Assembly: GCA_002633005.1 (NCBI GenBank)
Contig: NMRA01000597.1
Span: forward strand, 156,970 to 220,969
Origin: Phoronis australis
Lineage: Eukaryota; Animalia; Phoronida
Length of the DNA stretch: 64,000 nt
Direction: 5' to 3'
Shown: positions 36,473-49,671 of the stretch, one piece after another
How positions within the stretch are numbered: the stretch's first letter is position 1
Layout of the letters: each line of letters starts with the position of its first letter
Program-made: the position numbers and the translations under genes
Notes under the pieces: model-generated
Database searches by the model: none
Told to the model about the DNA's origin: nothing
Seen by the model: only the letters and a program-made list of their open reading frames with translations

Positions 36473-39400
36473 TATAAATTTTCACCATCTGAACAAATCT
36501 TGAATTTCTCAGGCCACATCAAACTTTCGGCGCATCATTGGTCGCACATGCGCAAAGAACTCGTATCTAAATCTGCGATCAGTTAATTGTTTTCTTGTTG
36601 CAACCTTTTCATGCGTGAATCTACTAAAGTGAAAACACAGCTTCCTATTGGCTACTGAAGCTACGGGAGTCGAAGTAGCATCAATCTGCATGTGATTATA
36701 ATGTACAAACATGACGCCGCCGTCTGTTTTAGTTCGGATCGTATATGGTGCTAATCCTTCAGCAATCGAAAGTATGAAAGATATATATAAATACATATAG
36801 AGAGAAAGAAAGAGTGGCATATACGTCCTTGGCTAGTGATTTGCTAGTTGGTAAAAACGAGAAAAATTACTTACCAGGGGACATTTAGTTAGTTGAGGAT
36901 AACGTTTTTATTTCTCGTTTTTGCTATAACCAAAGGAGACAACGATGAACATTTTAAACCGATTTATTAGGTATTGCTTGACTTGAGCGCCACTTTGTGT
37001 TTTTTATTTTTTCCACGGCGCATAAATAATTGCGACTTCAGTGCGTGACTTCTGTACCTTCACTTGCATGAATCTTTTTGTTTTCGTGGTCAGCGGGTAA
37101 AATTTCAATAACACATTCAAGCTAATTAGACGGGTTGGGGTAACTAAAAGAGTAACAAATTATTGGCAAGGAGTCATAAAAATTCACGTTCATAAATTTA
37201 CGACTAAGTTGAACAAGTTCGTTTGTACTGATACATACGAAAGAGATTATAAAACCGCCTTGGCCGTCACAAAAGCAACGTTTGATTTAGACGACCATTG
37301 TAAAGTTGGTCTCAGGTTTGCAAATTGGAGATGGTTTCAGACTTCGAAAAAATGATAATTCGTTACTGAATGAGATCAGGCTTTACGTCGAGTCATTTTA
37401 AACACCAACCAGGGTCTAAACGAGTAATAAACTGACAATTCTTTGCAAACCCACAAATCCTTTCTCATACGTGTAAACCGCTGAAAGCAATTTTGTAGCC
37501 GTACATGTAAGTGGTTTAAATCAAATGTAAACTTCTTAGGACGAGCTCATGAACCGCAAACGCAGGCTTAAAATTGAAAGTAAATTGGACGAAACAAAAA
37601 CTTAGTCAAAGTGTTTGCATCTAAGCTGGTGAAGCTCTAGCCATCAAACACCTTGAGTTACTTTGAAATAATGTTGTCTTTGTGGCTTACTGTTTTGTTC
37701 ATTTAATTTTCTTGTTGACACTTCAGGTAAATTAAATGTAAAGGACGTGTACCGGAAGGCAATTAGTTTCGCATTAACTTTTTGTCTTCTGTCGGTTGCT
37801 TTAAAAGATTTTACCATAAGAGACTGGTGTTATGTTTATGCCCGTGGTGTTGACACAGGCTAACAAACAAACCGTCTGTGCGTTTGTTCTTTTATCAGGG
37901 GCGATAAAAATAGCCACAGAGAAAAGCACGTTGAAGTTTCTCCGTGCTATGCTCTACATTCAGTGACGTCGTTAAAAACTTATAAAATCTGAAAATGATA
38001 CATTAAAAGAACTTGTAAAAACTAAATGTTCAGTTGAAATGTATTTACTTTGAATACCTCGACGGAACCATCGGATATAATTGAACTCGGTTCAATCTAA
38101 CTGGACTCCAATTCATAAAAATGAATGGAAGACGTACTATGCCCTTACTTGTGGCAATAAGCACATGATCATGTCAAGGATTGAGGGCCAATTTTTCCTC
38201 TCAAGTTGATGATTTTTCGTCTTCGTTATTTTTATAAGCTGGTTTACATAATTCATATTCTAAACACTCAGAAAAATAGTCTGATGACTCTGAGCCAACA
38301 CTCAATAGGCCTACAGAGGCATAGCAGCCTATAGATTCGTTTCGTTCAAGTCTGTCTGTGATTAAGACACGGTTAATTAATAAATGCAGATAGAAGGCGC
38401 AGACGAGAATTAACATTTCAAGTCTATAAGCTGTTGTTTTAATCGTGTGAAACGGACGTGACAATACGCTATGAATGTACTGTCTTAGTTCTTGTCGTTT
38501 TGTCACTTTCATAAAAGGGCCGGAGGCCTGTTTACTTGACGCAAACATGCATATATTATTCCAGAAAAAAATTATTCAGTGAATACTCCCGTAGAACGTG
38601 AGAGCCGACTGAAAAAGAAAAACTCCTCAAAAGTCAAGAGATGAAAAAACATGCAATTGTAACTGTATAAATAATCTAATCAAAGATATTCCAATTTGAT
38701 GTTTGTTACGAAGTGACTATACTCCAGAACCAGTCAATAACAAAGTGGTAGTCGTGTTTTTCTGCAGTTGTTGGTTATCGAAGTTGCCACAAAGCCAACC
38801 ATGGGGCCAGTTCGATCCGCTACATTTGATTTATATTTCTATTTGTTTTCATCTAAGTGTATACTACCACAATGAAATGTGGTTCATGCGCCTAATCGAA
38901 ATTTATCGACATGAGCACAAAACACAAAGTACACAAGAAATTGAAATCGTGGTCCAAGCAATAAGTTTGTTCAATTTTGTAATGCTTTCGTTCCTTCGCC
39001 GAATAAATTATTTGAAAATCTAAATGACTTTAGAGGTATTATTGTACTTTTCTAATATTATTCTCTTCCCAATTTTAAAATTGAAAATTACTGGTTGTTC
39101 TTCTTGTTCGTGTAGAATATTAGTCAGCATTTTTCTATAGTATATGGACCTTGATATATATATGTAATTCTGTTTAGTGGCCATTATGTAGGCAAATATA
39201 CAAAAACGATGGACGGCATAAATGTAAAAAAACAATAGCATACAATTGCAGCCGTACACCTTTAATTTTCAGATTTGTTTGTATGGCTTCGCGATAAAAG
39301 GGACACAAAGTTATTTTAGATATGACCGTCACACAAGCCATAAAATATCAATGTTTTGTTTCACGTCTTACATGTAGCGAGGGTCAACAAAAAAACACGT

Positions 39401-39797
39401 AGAATATACATGCGTACATATCGCTAGTGGGTAACAAGACAGTGACATCTGTGTCCATGCTTGCATTTGGCTATCGCAAATAAACAATAAATTGGCGTGT
39501 ATCAAAGCTTAATTGGGATGAAAGGAAGTGACCGACTCTCTCAAGTTTTTTGTGTTAGGTCCATCGAGCGAAAAGGCCTTGAACACTTAATACAATCAAA
39601 ATGCCTCGGTCATTTCCCCATTGTCTTGCCTCTATCAACAATGACCAAATCAAAAAGTTTTCTAATACAAACTGTTATCTTCATTCAACCTTAACTAATT
39701 CAATTCATGTAACACAGTAAGTGTATTTGAAATAATGGACCCAGGCAACTGTTTATATGAATCATAAGAGACGGTTTTTAAAAATGTGTTTACAATT

Positions 39798-39956
39798 CAG
39801 GGGGCGTTCCAGGATTTTAAGTTAGGGTTGGCGAAGGCAGAGTATTAGCCAGAATTTTGCCCGTCAAACATTCACAACCCCGAACGGCCAAATGGAATCT
39901 GGGAGAATTTTAAGGGGGCCATAGCCCCCTTGCCCCCGCTCCAAAATCCGCTACTG
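39798..39956. mobile_element. Short hAT5-type MITE
   Basis: CAGGGGGCGTTCCAGG ... AAAATCCGCTACTG. Flanks CAATT / AAATT. Confidence 0.8.
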
Positions 39957-40004
39957 AAATTATAAACAAATTTCGTTTCGTAAACCATCCTCAGTGACAC
40001 ACCA

Positions 40005-40157
40005 GCCTCTTGTTCAGTAACGCTAGGACCTCGCTAAAAAGCAAGACATCGCGAAATTACGTGAGATATTTCAGTGTATTTTAAGTGAGAGCACGTGACT
40101 TAAGATAGATTTTAGCTAGGTCCTAGCGTAGGTCCTAGCGTTACTGAACGTACGCCC
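40005..40157. mobile_element. MITE with TIRs (possibly PIF/Harbinger-like)
   Basis: GTTCAGTAACGCTAGGACC ... GGTCCTAGCGTTACTGAAC is a perfect 19-bp inverted repeat. A diverged copy lies at ~44278-44405. Confidence 0.7.
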
Positions 40158-41145
40158 GGTGTGACCATCCACAATGTCAGCATAGATTCGAAATTATGTA
40201 AAAGACAAATACAAAAGTACGGTGGTCAAGAAATCTGTCATTGACCATGTTTTGGCGTAAAAGGAAACCTTTGAGCCGAACACTTCTAAATGTAATATGA
40301 AGACGCTAATTATTAGTTTTTTCCCCTTTGATAATGGACAGTATCGTTTAACACGATTTTTCTTCTCAATTTATAACTATTTGATTTTCCTTTTTCTTTG
40401 ATGTTTACTAGAAACAGTTAGTTTTGTCAATGTTTAAGTCTCAAAAAACATCATTTTATATTTGCAGAATCTATCCAATATTATACATCGCGCACTGAAA
40501 AAGCGATGAACTCTATAGTTCTCAAAAGATTTATACAAGCGCCAAAGCGAAATCTGTAATAAACCGCACATATTGTGGAAATACTGTTCGCATTTATCGC
40601 ACTTGCCAAAAGATAAAGAGGCCTTTAAGTTATTTCCGTTTTATTATCGTGAAATGCTCTTTCCTGGCAAGATTAAACGAACTATTGTCTTTAAGTATGG
40701 TTGACCTGACTAAATGAATTCCTTTCCAACACGCATTTGAACTGATATCACTTATTTGCTTCCACCTCAAAAGCCCTTCTCACGTTACCACGAATAACGC
40801 AGATGATCTTTTCTCTGTTTATATTCCATATTGACATAAGAGAAACGACACTTCAATCGCATTAATTCGATCAGTTTATGCCAACTTGTATTATTTTTGG
40901 TCTCGTGAATTAATGATCTGTGAAACGACTTATGATGAAAATAATAATTTTTGTTCTGTCATCCTTTGAACACATCTCAAATCTGTTACCAAATTTACTG
41001 TTTCTATTTGGATTTACACTACAATGGGCTTTTTGTCAAAACAATAAGAAAACGTTGACATTAATTTTTAATGAAACTGGATTCCGTAGGTTTTATCTAC
41101 TACAGTCCTTCCACTTTACATACCGAGCCCAGTAGTATCGCATTC

Positions 41146-41234
41146 GAGGGCCCTCTTGGAAAGCAGTGCTATCACTGAAGAGGCCACCCTCATTTTAAAT
41201 ATCACAATAATAAATAAAAATAAAAATAAATAAA
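41146..41234 (+). mobile_element. Probable extreme 3' tail of a LINE/SINE
   Basis: Stem-loop-rich GAGGGCCCTCTTGGAAAGCAGTG..CACTGAAGAGGCCACCCTC followed by an (AATAA)n tail. Confidence 0.45.
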
Positions 41235-44200
41235 ATTTGTTTGAGTGTTTAAAAGCCCGTAGTTGTTTTACGGCACAAAAGCGTATTTTGGGGATAGTTT
41301 ATGGTGTGATAGACTTTTCCAAGTTATTTGCTTTGATCAAAGCAACAAAGCGATGAATCCGTTTTTTTGTGATTTTATTTCAGCTGGACAACTCTTGCCG
41401 ATATCCTCTAACGATTCGCTGAAATGAAGGCTGGTGACTTCCCAATGTAAATACGCTTACTTTGTCATTTTTAAGCGTTTGGCTGCGAACGCGAAAGTTC
41501 CCGGTTAGAGTTCGCGCTGGCGATGCTCTCGGAAAATCCCTTTCCCAATAATGTCGTTTTAACTAGAAACTAAGACACAAAAAGCGCGGATTTTCAAAAA
41601 CAAGACAAGTCTTGGAAACACGGGTCAAACTGAGCAATGAGGTGGTAAATATGATCAGAGCTTGTTACCACCTAGTATCTGTCGCCTTTAACCTTCCGTT
41701 GAGCTTCCTCTAAAATCCCTAAGGTAATGCTGGCGATTAAATTAATTAATTGTTACACTGATGATTACCGCGAGAAGATTTTAAGATGGAGTGATAATGA
41801 TTTATTTACGAAAATCGCTTTCCTTCGTGTATCAGCCACATCTTTCAGTATCGGTTCCACATCATGTCTGACCTTATGCATCGGTGAGAGCTTGAACTTT
41901 GATTAATTCATTTTCAATCTGCATTTAATTTAAGAAATATGAGAATTTGACAGACTGCAATGCTATTACAATTGCTTACAACAGAAAACTCGTCAGCCCC
42001 CCACTGCGTGTTAGTGGTTGCCGTTGATGCTTTTTTACACTAAAAAGACTGTTTTTAAGGTAATTGCGAATTGTCATGTACAATGAAGGTGCCATGCTAA
42101 TAAGAATTACTGACCACCGGCTTTTTGTTTCTTTTTCTGAAATGGACAATATTAAAAATGTTAAATCTCTGCAGCATCCACGTGTGGCAAGCCTTCAAAG
42201 TAACACAATCAGCGAGAAAGTGGCTCCTTTTATGATCACCGGACGGATTCGAATTCACTACCTCGGGAAGCATTGTCGCACACTTCGGTACGAAGTGGAA
42301 CCCAATTCCGCATGTGGCACATTATTTCAAGCCTATGTTTAAACTGATAAAGGAACCAGCCTAGGTTTCAATAAGTGGCTGGCAGCCAAAGGCGAGAAAT
42401 TTGTAATGAAATCAGAAAAAAAAACAATGGATTTGTGTTGCTTTATAACTCTAGTTAAAGCAAAGTAACTTCAAGTAGTTTATCCCAATGACCCCAAAAT
42501 GCGTTTTTTTCGGTCTTAAAATCGAGTGTGTCCATTATGCCTTTTGCGTGTCTGTTTTCTTATTTTTGTACTGAAAGAAACGATTTTATGCCCCGTTGAG
42601 AATGCCTGCACTTTCTAGGGGTTCTTTATTCCCACAACATCGAGAATATTTTCTTTCTTCTCGCAATCGAAGAATATCGAAATGATGCATTTCGTGAGAC
42701 TTTGAACAATACCATTTCCAACCATAAAATTCCAATTTTTGTCGACTTTTCAATTTTATTTAAGTGCCTATTTGTGTGTCTTTTAGAGACTTAATTACTA
42801 AACAAACACACAAATGGCAAAATTGCTCTGTATTGGTAAATCGCACGTGCATCGTTCCATGCTGTGATTTATTTAATGTTAATTGGGAAACGTAATAGTC
42901 GGCTTTGTTGTAGTCATTGCATAAACCTTATTGTTTTCTGAGCGCACTCACGGTTCTTAAATTACCTTGGTCGAGTTAAACATCGAACGAGACGGCCCTT
43001 GATTCATAAACATCATTAGTTTGTAAATATAGAAGCTTCTAGGCACGTGGCCTCAGTGCCTCATGGGCGAGAACAATTAAACAATATTTGTTATAATACA
43101 ACTCCAAATCCACGTAATCGATTATATTTCAATATAGTCTGTAAGAAATACGTACGCTGTCTTATTGATTTAGACGCTGTTAATTTACTTAGCGGTCTAA
43201 GCATTTCCATATTCTGTGGGAAAGACGTTAATAAAATAAACTGAATACGGAGACACACATAATTCTTAAAAAGCTTTAAAAATGTTCCTTTGGGGTTGAC
43301 ATAACCTGCTTGAATAAATTTCAGTCTCAAAATAGTCATTGAATGTGTTGCATTTAGAGGGGAGTAAAGCTAATAATTTGCATGGAGAGAAATGTAATTT
43401 TATTTTCATTGCATAACAAAAGCAGAGTTACACTTAAAGTTTGGATCACCATGTCAATTTGTATGAATTCATTAAAGTCTTTACCAATAGTGTAAAACTA
43501 AACACAAAAAGAATTATTTCTACAGCAACATAAAAGTCAGTGAGACGACTCAAACAAAAACCTGCGTTCTTGGGAAAACTGAAATTCTACAAAATAAGCA
43601 TGACAAATCACTCATAATTGAACTCTAATGGTCACGTGGAGTCGCGTTAATTTCATGTGCCAGGCTATTCGTTAGGGTGATAATAGCAAATGACAGCTTT
43701 GCATACATATACAACACCGGCTTGCCGTCAAAACACCTTCGATTTAGGCCACATATCATTACAAAACCACTTTCATTTTTCCCTTACTCAAATTGGAAAT
43801 GATCAGGGCTTGAGAAGAATTGTTGACATTATTGCTTCAGACAGGACTCATTAAATGATTGCCTGTCACGGTGGGTTAATTGTAAACGCCGAACTAGGGC
43901 AGTTCCATGCGTTTTTTTTAAACCTATTTCAAGTTAAACAAAGGATAAGAACGCTTTGAGATTGGTTTGAAAGAGTAACATATACGCACGTCAGGAATTA
44001 ATTTTCCCTCTTTTAAGTAAAATGCTTCCAAGCAGTTGAGGTCAATAAACATTTACATTTTTAAGAGCCCTAACCAGTGAAAACTGCTAGACAGGATAAA
44101 AAAGCATAATAAAAACTTGTTTCGTCAGCCGTGCTATTAGGTCATTTGAGAGTTTGCATGACTGTGCAGTAGTTGAGCATTAAAGCTGAATAAATGGCCA

Positions 44201-44277
44201 AAAGCATCATTGGCTCTAGTCTCTAACCCAAACTAAAATCAAAGCGCCCTCCAACATAAATTCCAGCCAAGGTCTGA

Positions 44278-44405
44278 GTAGAGTTCAATAAGGGTAGGAT
44301 CTCCCTAAAAAGCAAGACTTCGCGAGATTACTCGAGATATTGCCTTGTATTTTGAACTAGAACACGTGATCTGGGCTAGATTTTAGCGAGGCCCTAACGT
44401 AGGTT
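44278..44405. mobile_element. Diverged copy of the 40005-40157 MITE
   Basis: Shared core ctaaaaagcaagac.tcgcga.attac..gagatatt....tgtatttt ... agattttagc.agg.ccta.cgtagg. Confidence 0.65.
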
Positions 44406-44602
44406 CTACTCTATCCAGAAGTTGTTTTTATTAAATCAGTTTTTGGCCATAGTAAGATTAAAGACCGCCGCACAAATAAAAAAGTTCATGTTCAATCAAT
44501 GGTGATGACCAGCTACTGACTATAATATTCCCTGTATCTCTCACCTCGCTTCATGGATGTCACCTGAGCTGTATGTTGGCACTTTCTGTCCTTTGTAAAT
44601 AA

Positions 44603-44643
44603 TTATCCTGATGATGTCTAATGAATAGACGAAACGTTGATTG
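44603..44643 (+). ncRNA. Minimal hammerhead ribozyme motif (Penelope-type)
   Basis: CTGATGA-T-[GTCTA atgaa TAGAC]-GAAAC-GTT gives the core boxes, a 5-bp stem II and a palindromic AACGTT stem III. Stem I is only ~3 bp. Enclosed by a 29-bp inverted repeat (44471-44499 / 44637-44665). Confidence 0.6.
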
Positions 44644-45019
44644 AACATGAACTTTTTTATTTGCGCTGCAATCGTCCGTTTTTTTAAACTACACAAAGGC
44701 GCGTAAGCAAGCTTAGTGTAAACAAAGTTAGGCTTGGAACATCATAATGTCTCAAGGGATGGGTAAAAAAACAAACAAAACAAATCCTGCGTCATTTTCA
44801 CTCTCCTTAGGTGAAGTTTCGTTTTCCAACGAATGACCAACTAAAAACACTGTACCACCGACTTAAGAAATAAACATTGAGACCAGAACCATGTTTTTTT
44901 TCTAACCTGTTTTCCGTCAGAAAACCTTACCTTGGTTGAGATGACATGCACGACTGGGAAAAAACGACTTTAGTAAATTGCGCCACAGTTAAGTAAAAAT
45001 GTAGAACAAGATATGGTCT

Positions 45020-45212
45020 CAGGGGCGGATCCAGGATTTTGAGTTGGGGGGCAGGGCACAGGAATAACCAGAATTTCGGCAGATGCGCTCGCCCAGCCTA
45101 AAATGTGGGGATGCAGGGATCTCGAATTTTTGGGTGTGCGGACCTGTTGACTAAAAAACGGTAAACTGGCATAGCCCCCTTGCCCTCCCCCTCCCCCCTA
45201 AATCCGCCACTG
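45020..45212. mobile_element. Short hAT5-type MITE
   Basis: CAGGGGCGGATCCAGG ... CCTAAATCCGCCACTG. TSD GGTCT on both sides. Confidence 0.88.
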
Positions 45213-46391
45213 GGTCTTATCGGCTGAAAACCCTTTGTTAAAACGGAACCTATGTTCGTCTATTGAAAACGAATTCGACTCAAATTCTGTATTAGATCAA
45301 TCAAACAGGAAAGTTTTTAAAATTCCGATTGTTAGTTCACTTTTACGCAAATTCTGTCCTTCCTTTGTAATACCAAAAGCGTGTTCGTTTCACACGTACT
45401 TTCCTACGCGGTGTAAACTTGCCAACACGTGCTGAATTTATCCTACCAAGCAAATATAATTTCTCAGCTCCTATAATCGCCAATCACTCTTCATTTACAT
45501 AGTGTCGTCAGGTGGGGATTCTAAGCAACAGGTGAAATTGATTGCGGAATGGGTTGTTTTAGGTAAAATGAACAAAAAGTATTTATTTTCAGCACGAAAT
45601 GCAAATAAGGGAAATGGGGGTAAAACGAGTCCGCAGTACATGTGCAAAAAATCAATGAAAATGCATGTTAATTAACCGCTCGTCTCAACAGGTGTGATCA
45701 TTAATAATTTGGTTCTTGTCACAGTCTCGTATTGCTTCCGACCACCAGGTGTCGATAAGTGGAAAATTTGGTGGGTGGGGTGTCTATGTTTATCGTGTAG
45801 TTATGATTCTCTTTCCGTTTGAGTTAAGAGCCTCAAATATGAACACTACCAGTGCCCGAATCCCCTTTTTTAAAATCTTGGATTAGACGTTTGTATTTCT
45901 TTAAACGTGTTAATTGCCACTCTAAGTTTTACGTCAGAGAATGTCTTTCTACATATCTTAAAAACAGGAACAAATAATTGCCAGCAGATACATTTCAACA
46001 AAGGATTTTGTTCATAATTTTGTGTCAGTCAAGCCAAACAATTTGCAGTCTGTCAGATACTTAGAGTTAATGACTCTATTGCATAGCAAGTGCTCGGCTC
46101 AAAATAGTTCAAACGGAGCCGCCGTTGAAAATTTAATGTATCTGCCCTATCATATAGGGTTTTGGACCCAACGTTATTTTTTACCTGAAGTTGTATGACC
46201 AACGATTATTTTTATTGAACTAACTGAATCTCCAACGGTAATGATGAACCTCAGAACTGAGGTATCCCTGTGGCAAGCCACATCACTGTTTCATGACGTA
46301 GTTGTTTTCTTAAAAATTAGACATTTTACAACGAATTTTTGCTCAAATGTGATGCTGTTTAGAGGCTTCAAGTTCACACTGTTCGACTTAA

Positions 46392-46676
46392 AGGGATACC
46401 AAAATGAAGCCCGCTTTTGGCTTATTGAAAGATACTAAAAACGACTTTCCCCATCCAGTTCTCTGAAACAAACCCTCGACAACTCTCAAAAGTTTCGGAA
46501 ACAGGCAAGCGTGAGCAACGCTTTCAGCGAATTACACGGCGACTTTGAGGAAAGACCACCCACCATAGACCATCATGTCCAGTCTGTGATATATGACTTG
46601 GAAGATTCAGTGACGTCAATGATGCATCAGCAGGTGAAACAGAACGACGATTGATTGAAGGGTTTCAAGTATGCTT
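46392..46676. mobile_element. Inverted diverged copy of the TTAA-flanked MITE at 16780-17142
   Basis: Starts TTAA|AGGGATACCAAA. Internal aaaacgactttcc..tccagttctctga..cgacaactctcaaaag and acagaacgacgattgattgaa match the reverse complement of the first copy. Confidence 0.7.
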
Positions 46677-47683
46677 GTAAAGAAGCATTGTCACTTTTAC
46701 TCTCGAAAAACACATTCAGTGATTATTGTTGGATAGTAGACTTCTTGAAGTCAGCATTAATCTTGATTAGAACTATAATACAACACAATTCGTTGTTTTT
46801 GTGACTTTATTGCAAATAGTTAATTCATGCCGTTTTTGCCGAACAGTCTCTGAGATCGAGGCTGGTGCCAGTCTTAACCATTTAAACTTTTGATACGCAT
46901 AAAATACGTTGTCATTTACCAAGTTGTTGCGGATAGTAGACCGGTGTCTGCAAGGTTGTTCGATGCAAACTTCGTCCATTTCTGTGTGACGTTTCTTATA
47001 CATTTCTACATATATGTACATTATAACGTCGTGCGGAAAATGATGAATATAATTGTTGCATCGAATGAGACTGAGTGGGTGACCTGCAACTGCGGTGGTC
47101 GCAGATTCGAGTCCTCGAGTCATTTAAAAAAATAATTTACACGTTGGTCTCACAACAGCTGGCGTTGCAGTACGGTGAACCAGCCTGCCTCAGATTTCCT
47201 CCTTGTCTCAGTGAATTGTGAAATCCATTTACAAACACTCAGTGACAAGAAACCGTGACTGAGGCATGTGTTCCACTGAAGTAACAGTTTTGGTTCAGAC
47301 CATGGACAATGAATACCTCTATAAACTGATCTCAACTTTTACAGTTGTTTGGAACAATTTGTTTTTATAGTTACTCGTGTGACAGGTGTGGTCCTACGCC
47401 TTTCCTCGACGACCGTGCCTTCGAAAATGAAATTCACGCTGCGACTGAAGTCGGCAACGTGCAGAGCCGCCTGCATGGTCTCCAGCCATAACAAATCATC
47501 AGTTCTTTCCAAACCCATGAGAATTCACGCTTGTTTTGACTAAGGAACAAGTTTGTAACCAATTTCATAACGATAAGCTTATCACAGTAGGTAAATCAAA
47601 GTTTTTAGTCTCGGTGATGGTAGTTTTAGTTAGGCGGATCGTGACTTTGCATGACTAACATCCGTGTTCTGGCAGTACCTTGA

Positions 47684-48032
47684 AAGGATACTAAACCACT
47701 GGTTTAAGTTGACCTAATTAACAGGTATTTTAAAACAATTTTCTTATCTAAGTCTCCAAAAAACAATGATTGGTAACAGTCCTCAATTGGCTTCAAACGT
47801 TTAGCGGTTGGGAGCGAATTTTGAAAATTCTAGGCTAAGGAATTTGTTCCTACTGGCTAAAGGGACAGGCAGTTGTGACCTTCGCGAGTTACAGTGCATC
47901 GCCACAGTGAGAAAGAGTTCTCAATATTGCTCATCACTCAAATGAGACGCCCGAATTTGTTGCACCATCCGCGAATTGACATGATGCTGGACTCACCTCA
48001 GGATTAGTTAAAAAACAGGGTTTAGCATCCTT
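47684..48032. mobile_element. Related MITE sharing the AAGGATACTAAACC termini
   Basis: TTGA|AAGGATACTAAACC ... GGTTTAGCATCCTT|CTGA. Similar size to the 16780 element. Confidence 0.55.
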
Positions 48033-49671
48033 CTGAAGGCCAAGTTAAACTTATCTTGGTTCAAATTTAGTTGCCTCGTAATTTCTAACATAAATTGTTT
48101 TTTTTTTAACAATCAAAAATTGAAGGCAGAGACTCAACTAAGATCCAATATCATATTTGCGGTTTCACTTCGAATACTTCTGCTACCGATAAAAGAACGC
48201 TGCCTGCACGCGCCGCGGCTTCAACTGCTCCAGGTTTGAGCGCCACTAACCTGTCTCAGCGCCGCCTTTAGGACAGGGTGCATGGGCCTGTCTCAGTGCC
48301 TACTAAAAATCGACATGGCAGTCAAACGTCTAGGAACAAGTAAGCATGCCTTGATTTGGACGCATATGGTACCAAGACAGAAAAAAAAAGTACAGAGCCG
48401 TTTTGCTTGACACCTTATCTTGAGTATGTTAACAAATTCAGTAAGGGAATGCATTCATTTAGGCTAGTTTCTTAGTTATTGTTGGAGCAACCATGAACTC
48501 ACACAAAGGCAATTCTTAATAGGTGGAACAGTATAGTGAATTTCTCAATTTCGCAGTGTCTAAATGTTAATTTTCATCTAAATGTAATGTCCCAATATTA
48601 CTTTGTTGTGTCCATCAATGAGAAGCCATGTTACATTATCATTTCACACTGCCTGTCCTTCATAGCAGACTAAGCTGGAACACCACAAATAACTGCCACC
48701 TATTGGTGAAAAACAACAACAGGACACAAGGCTTACCAGTAGTTGCACCAAGGTCAATTTTCTTATAGAATAAATGTAATTTAGGCAAAGGCCCTCTGTT
48801 CAAATTGAAATCCCCTGGTTATCACTGGCCTAGAGCTCCTAACAAAAATTGGGATCAGTGACCTTTTTTTGGAAAACTTTACTTGGCTAGTGTGCACAAG
48901 ATCTTGAGAGTGTGGTACAAGCTACAGAAGTTTTCAACGAAGTTGACAAATTCCATTGATTGAAACTCATCAGGCTTCGTCAAACTGGCAGGAAAAGACA
49001 GAAAAGTATCGCAGGAAAAATAAATAAGCTAAATCACTTGAAAACTAGTCGGCATTTTTGCTTTGACATTTCTGTGAAAAAGAAATTCAGTCAACTTTGC
49101 TGGAAAACTACTGTAACTAATTACAAGACAAGGATTAAAACGAGCATAGTTTACAATGTAAAAATATTTATTCTTCAAAAATATGTAGTATCCTCCTGTG
49201 CTTCAATAGTGAAATTACGATGATTGCCGATTCATTGTAGACAAATCTTTCATGAAGAACATATGAGAACTGCAATATGACCATTAGAGCGGTTCCATGA
49301 CAATCTCTTATAAAAATAAGTGACCTACTCTGTACAGTTATCATCTTTCCCAAATGACAGATCAACTAGGAACAAATATCATACTTTGTACTCGGGAAAC
49401 TGGACCGCACTTAGCACAATACTAGCTACAATATTTACATGTATAATATCATACAGTGAAATATATTTACAATGGAATGTTTACAATGCTGCTCCTCCAG
49501 GAACAACTACCGCTGACATCTGTGATTCGTGACCAGAACCAAACAGACCATTACTCCCACCTATCACTTGTGAATCTTCCCTGAGCTTTGACCAGAGAAG
49601 AGTGACAGATACAACGAAAAACAACAAGCGGATGTATAAATAATTATTTTTAATAAATCAAGTTTTGCTCA

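Noticed and set aside
38281-38345. Additional CTGATGA hammerhead candidates (also 18167, 55301)
   Set aside because: No stem II followed by GAAA.
47055-47125. tRNA gene (GGTCGCAGATTCGAGTCC B-box)
   Set aside because: No cloverleaf or acceptor stem can be formed; at most a decayed SINE head. The same applies to ~12120-12200.
36500-49600. Short ORFs in the PRDM13-RSPH3 interval
   Set aside because: No recognisable domains, mostly non-ATG starts and no coherent exon chain.
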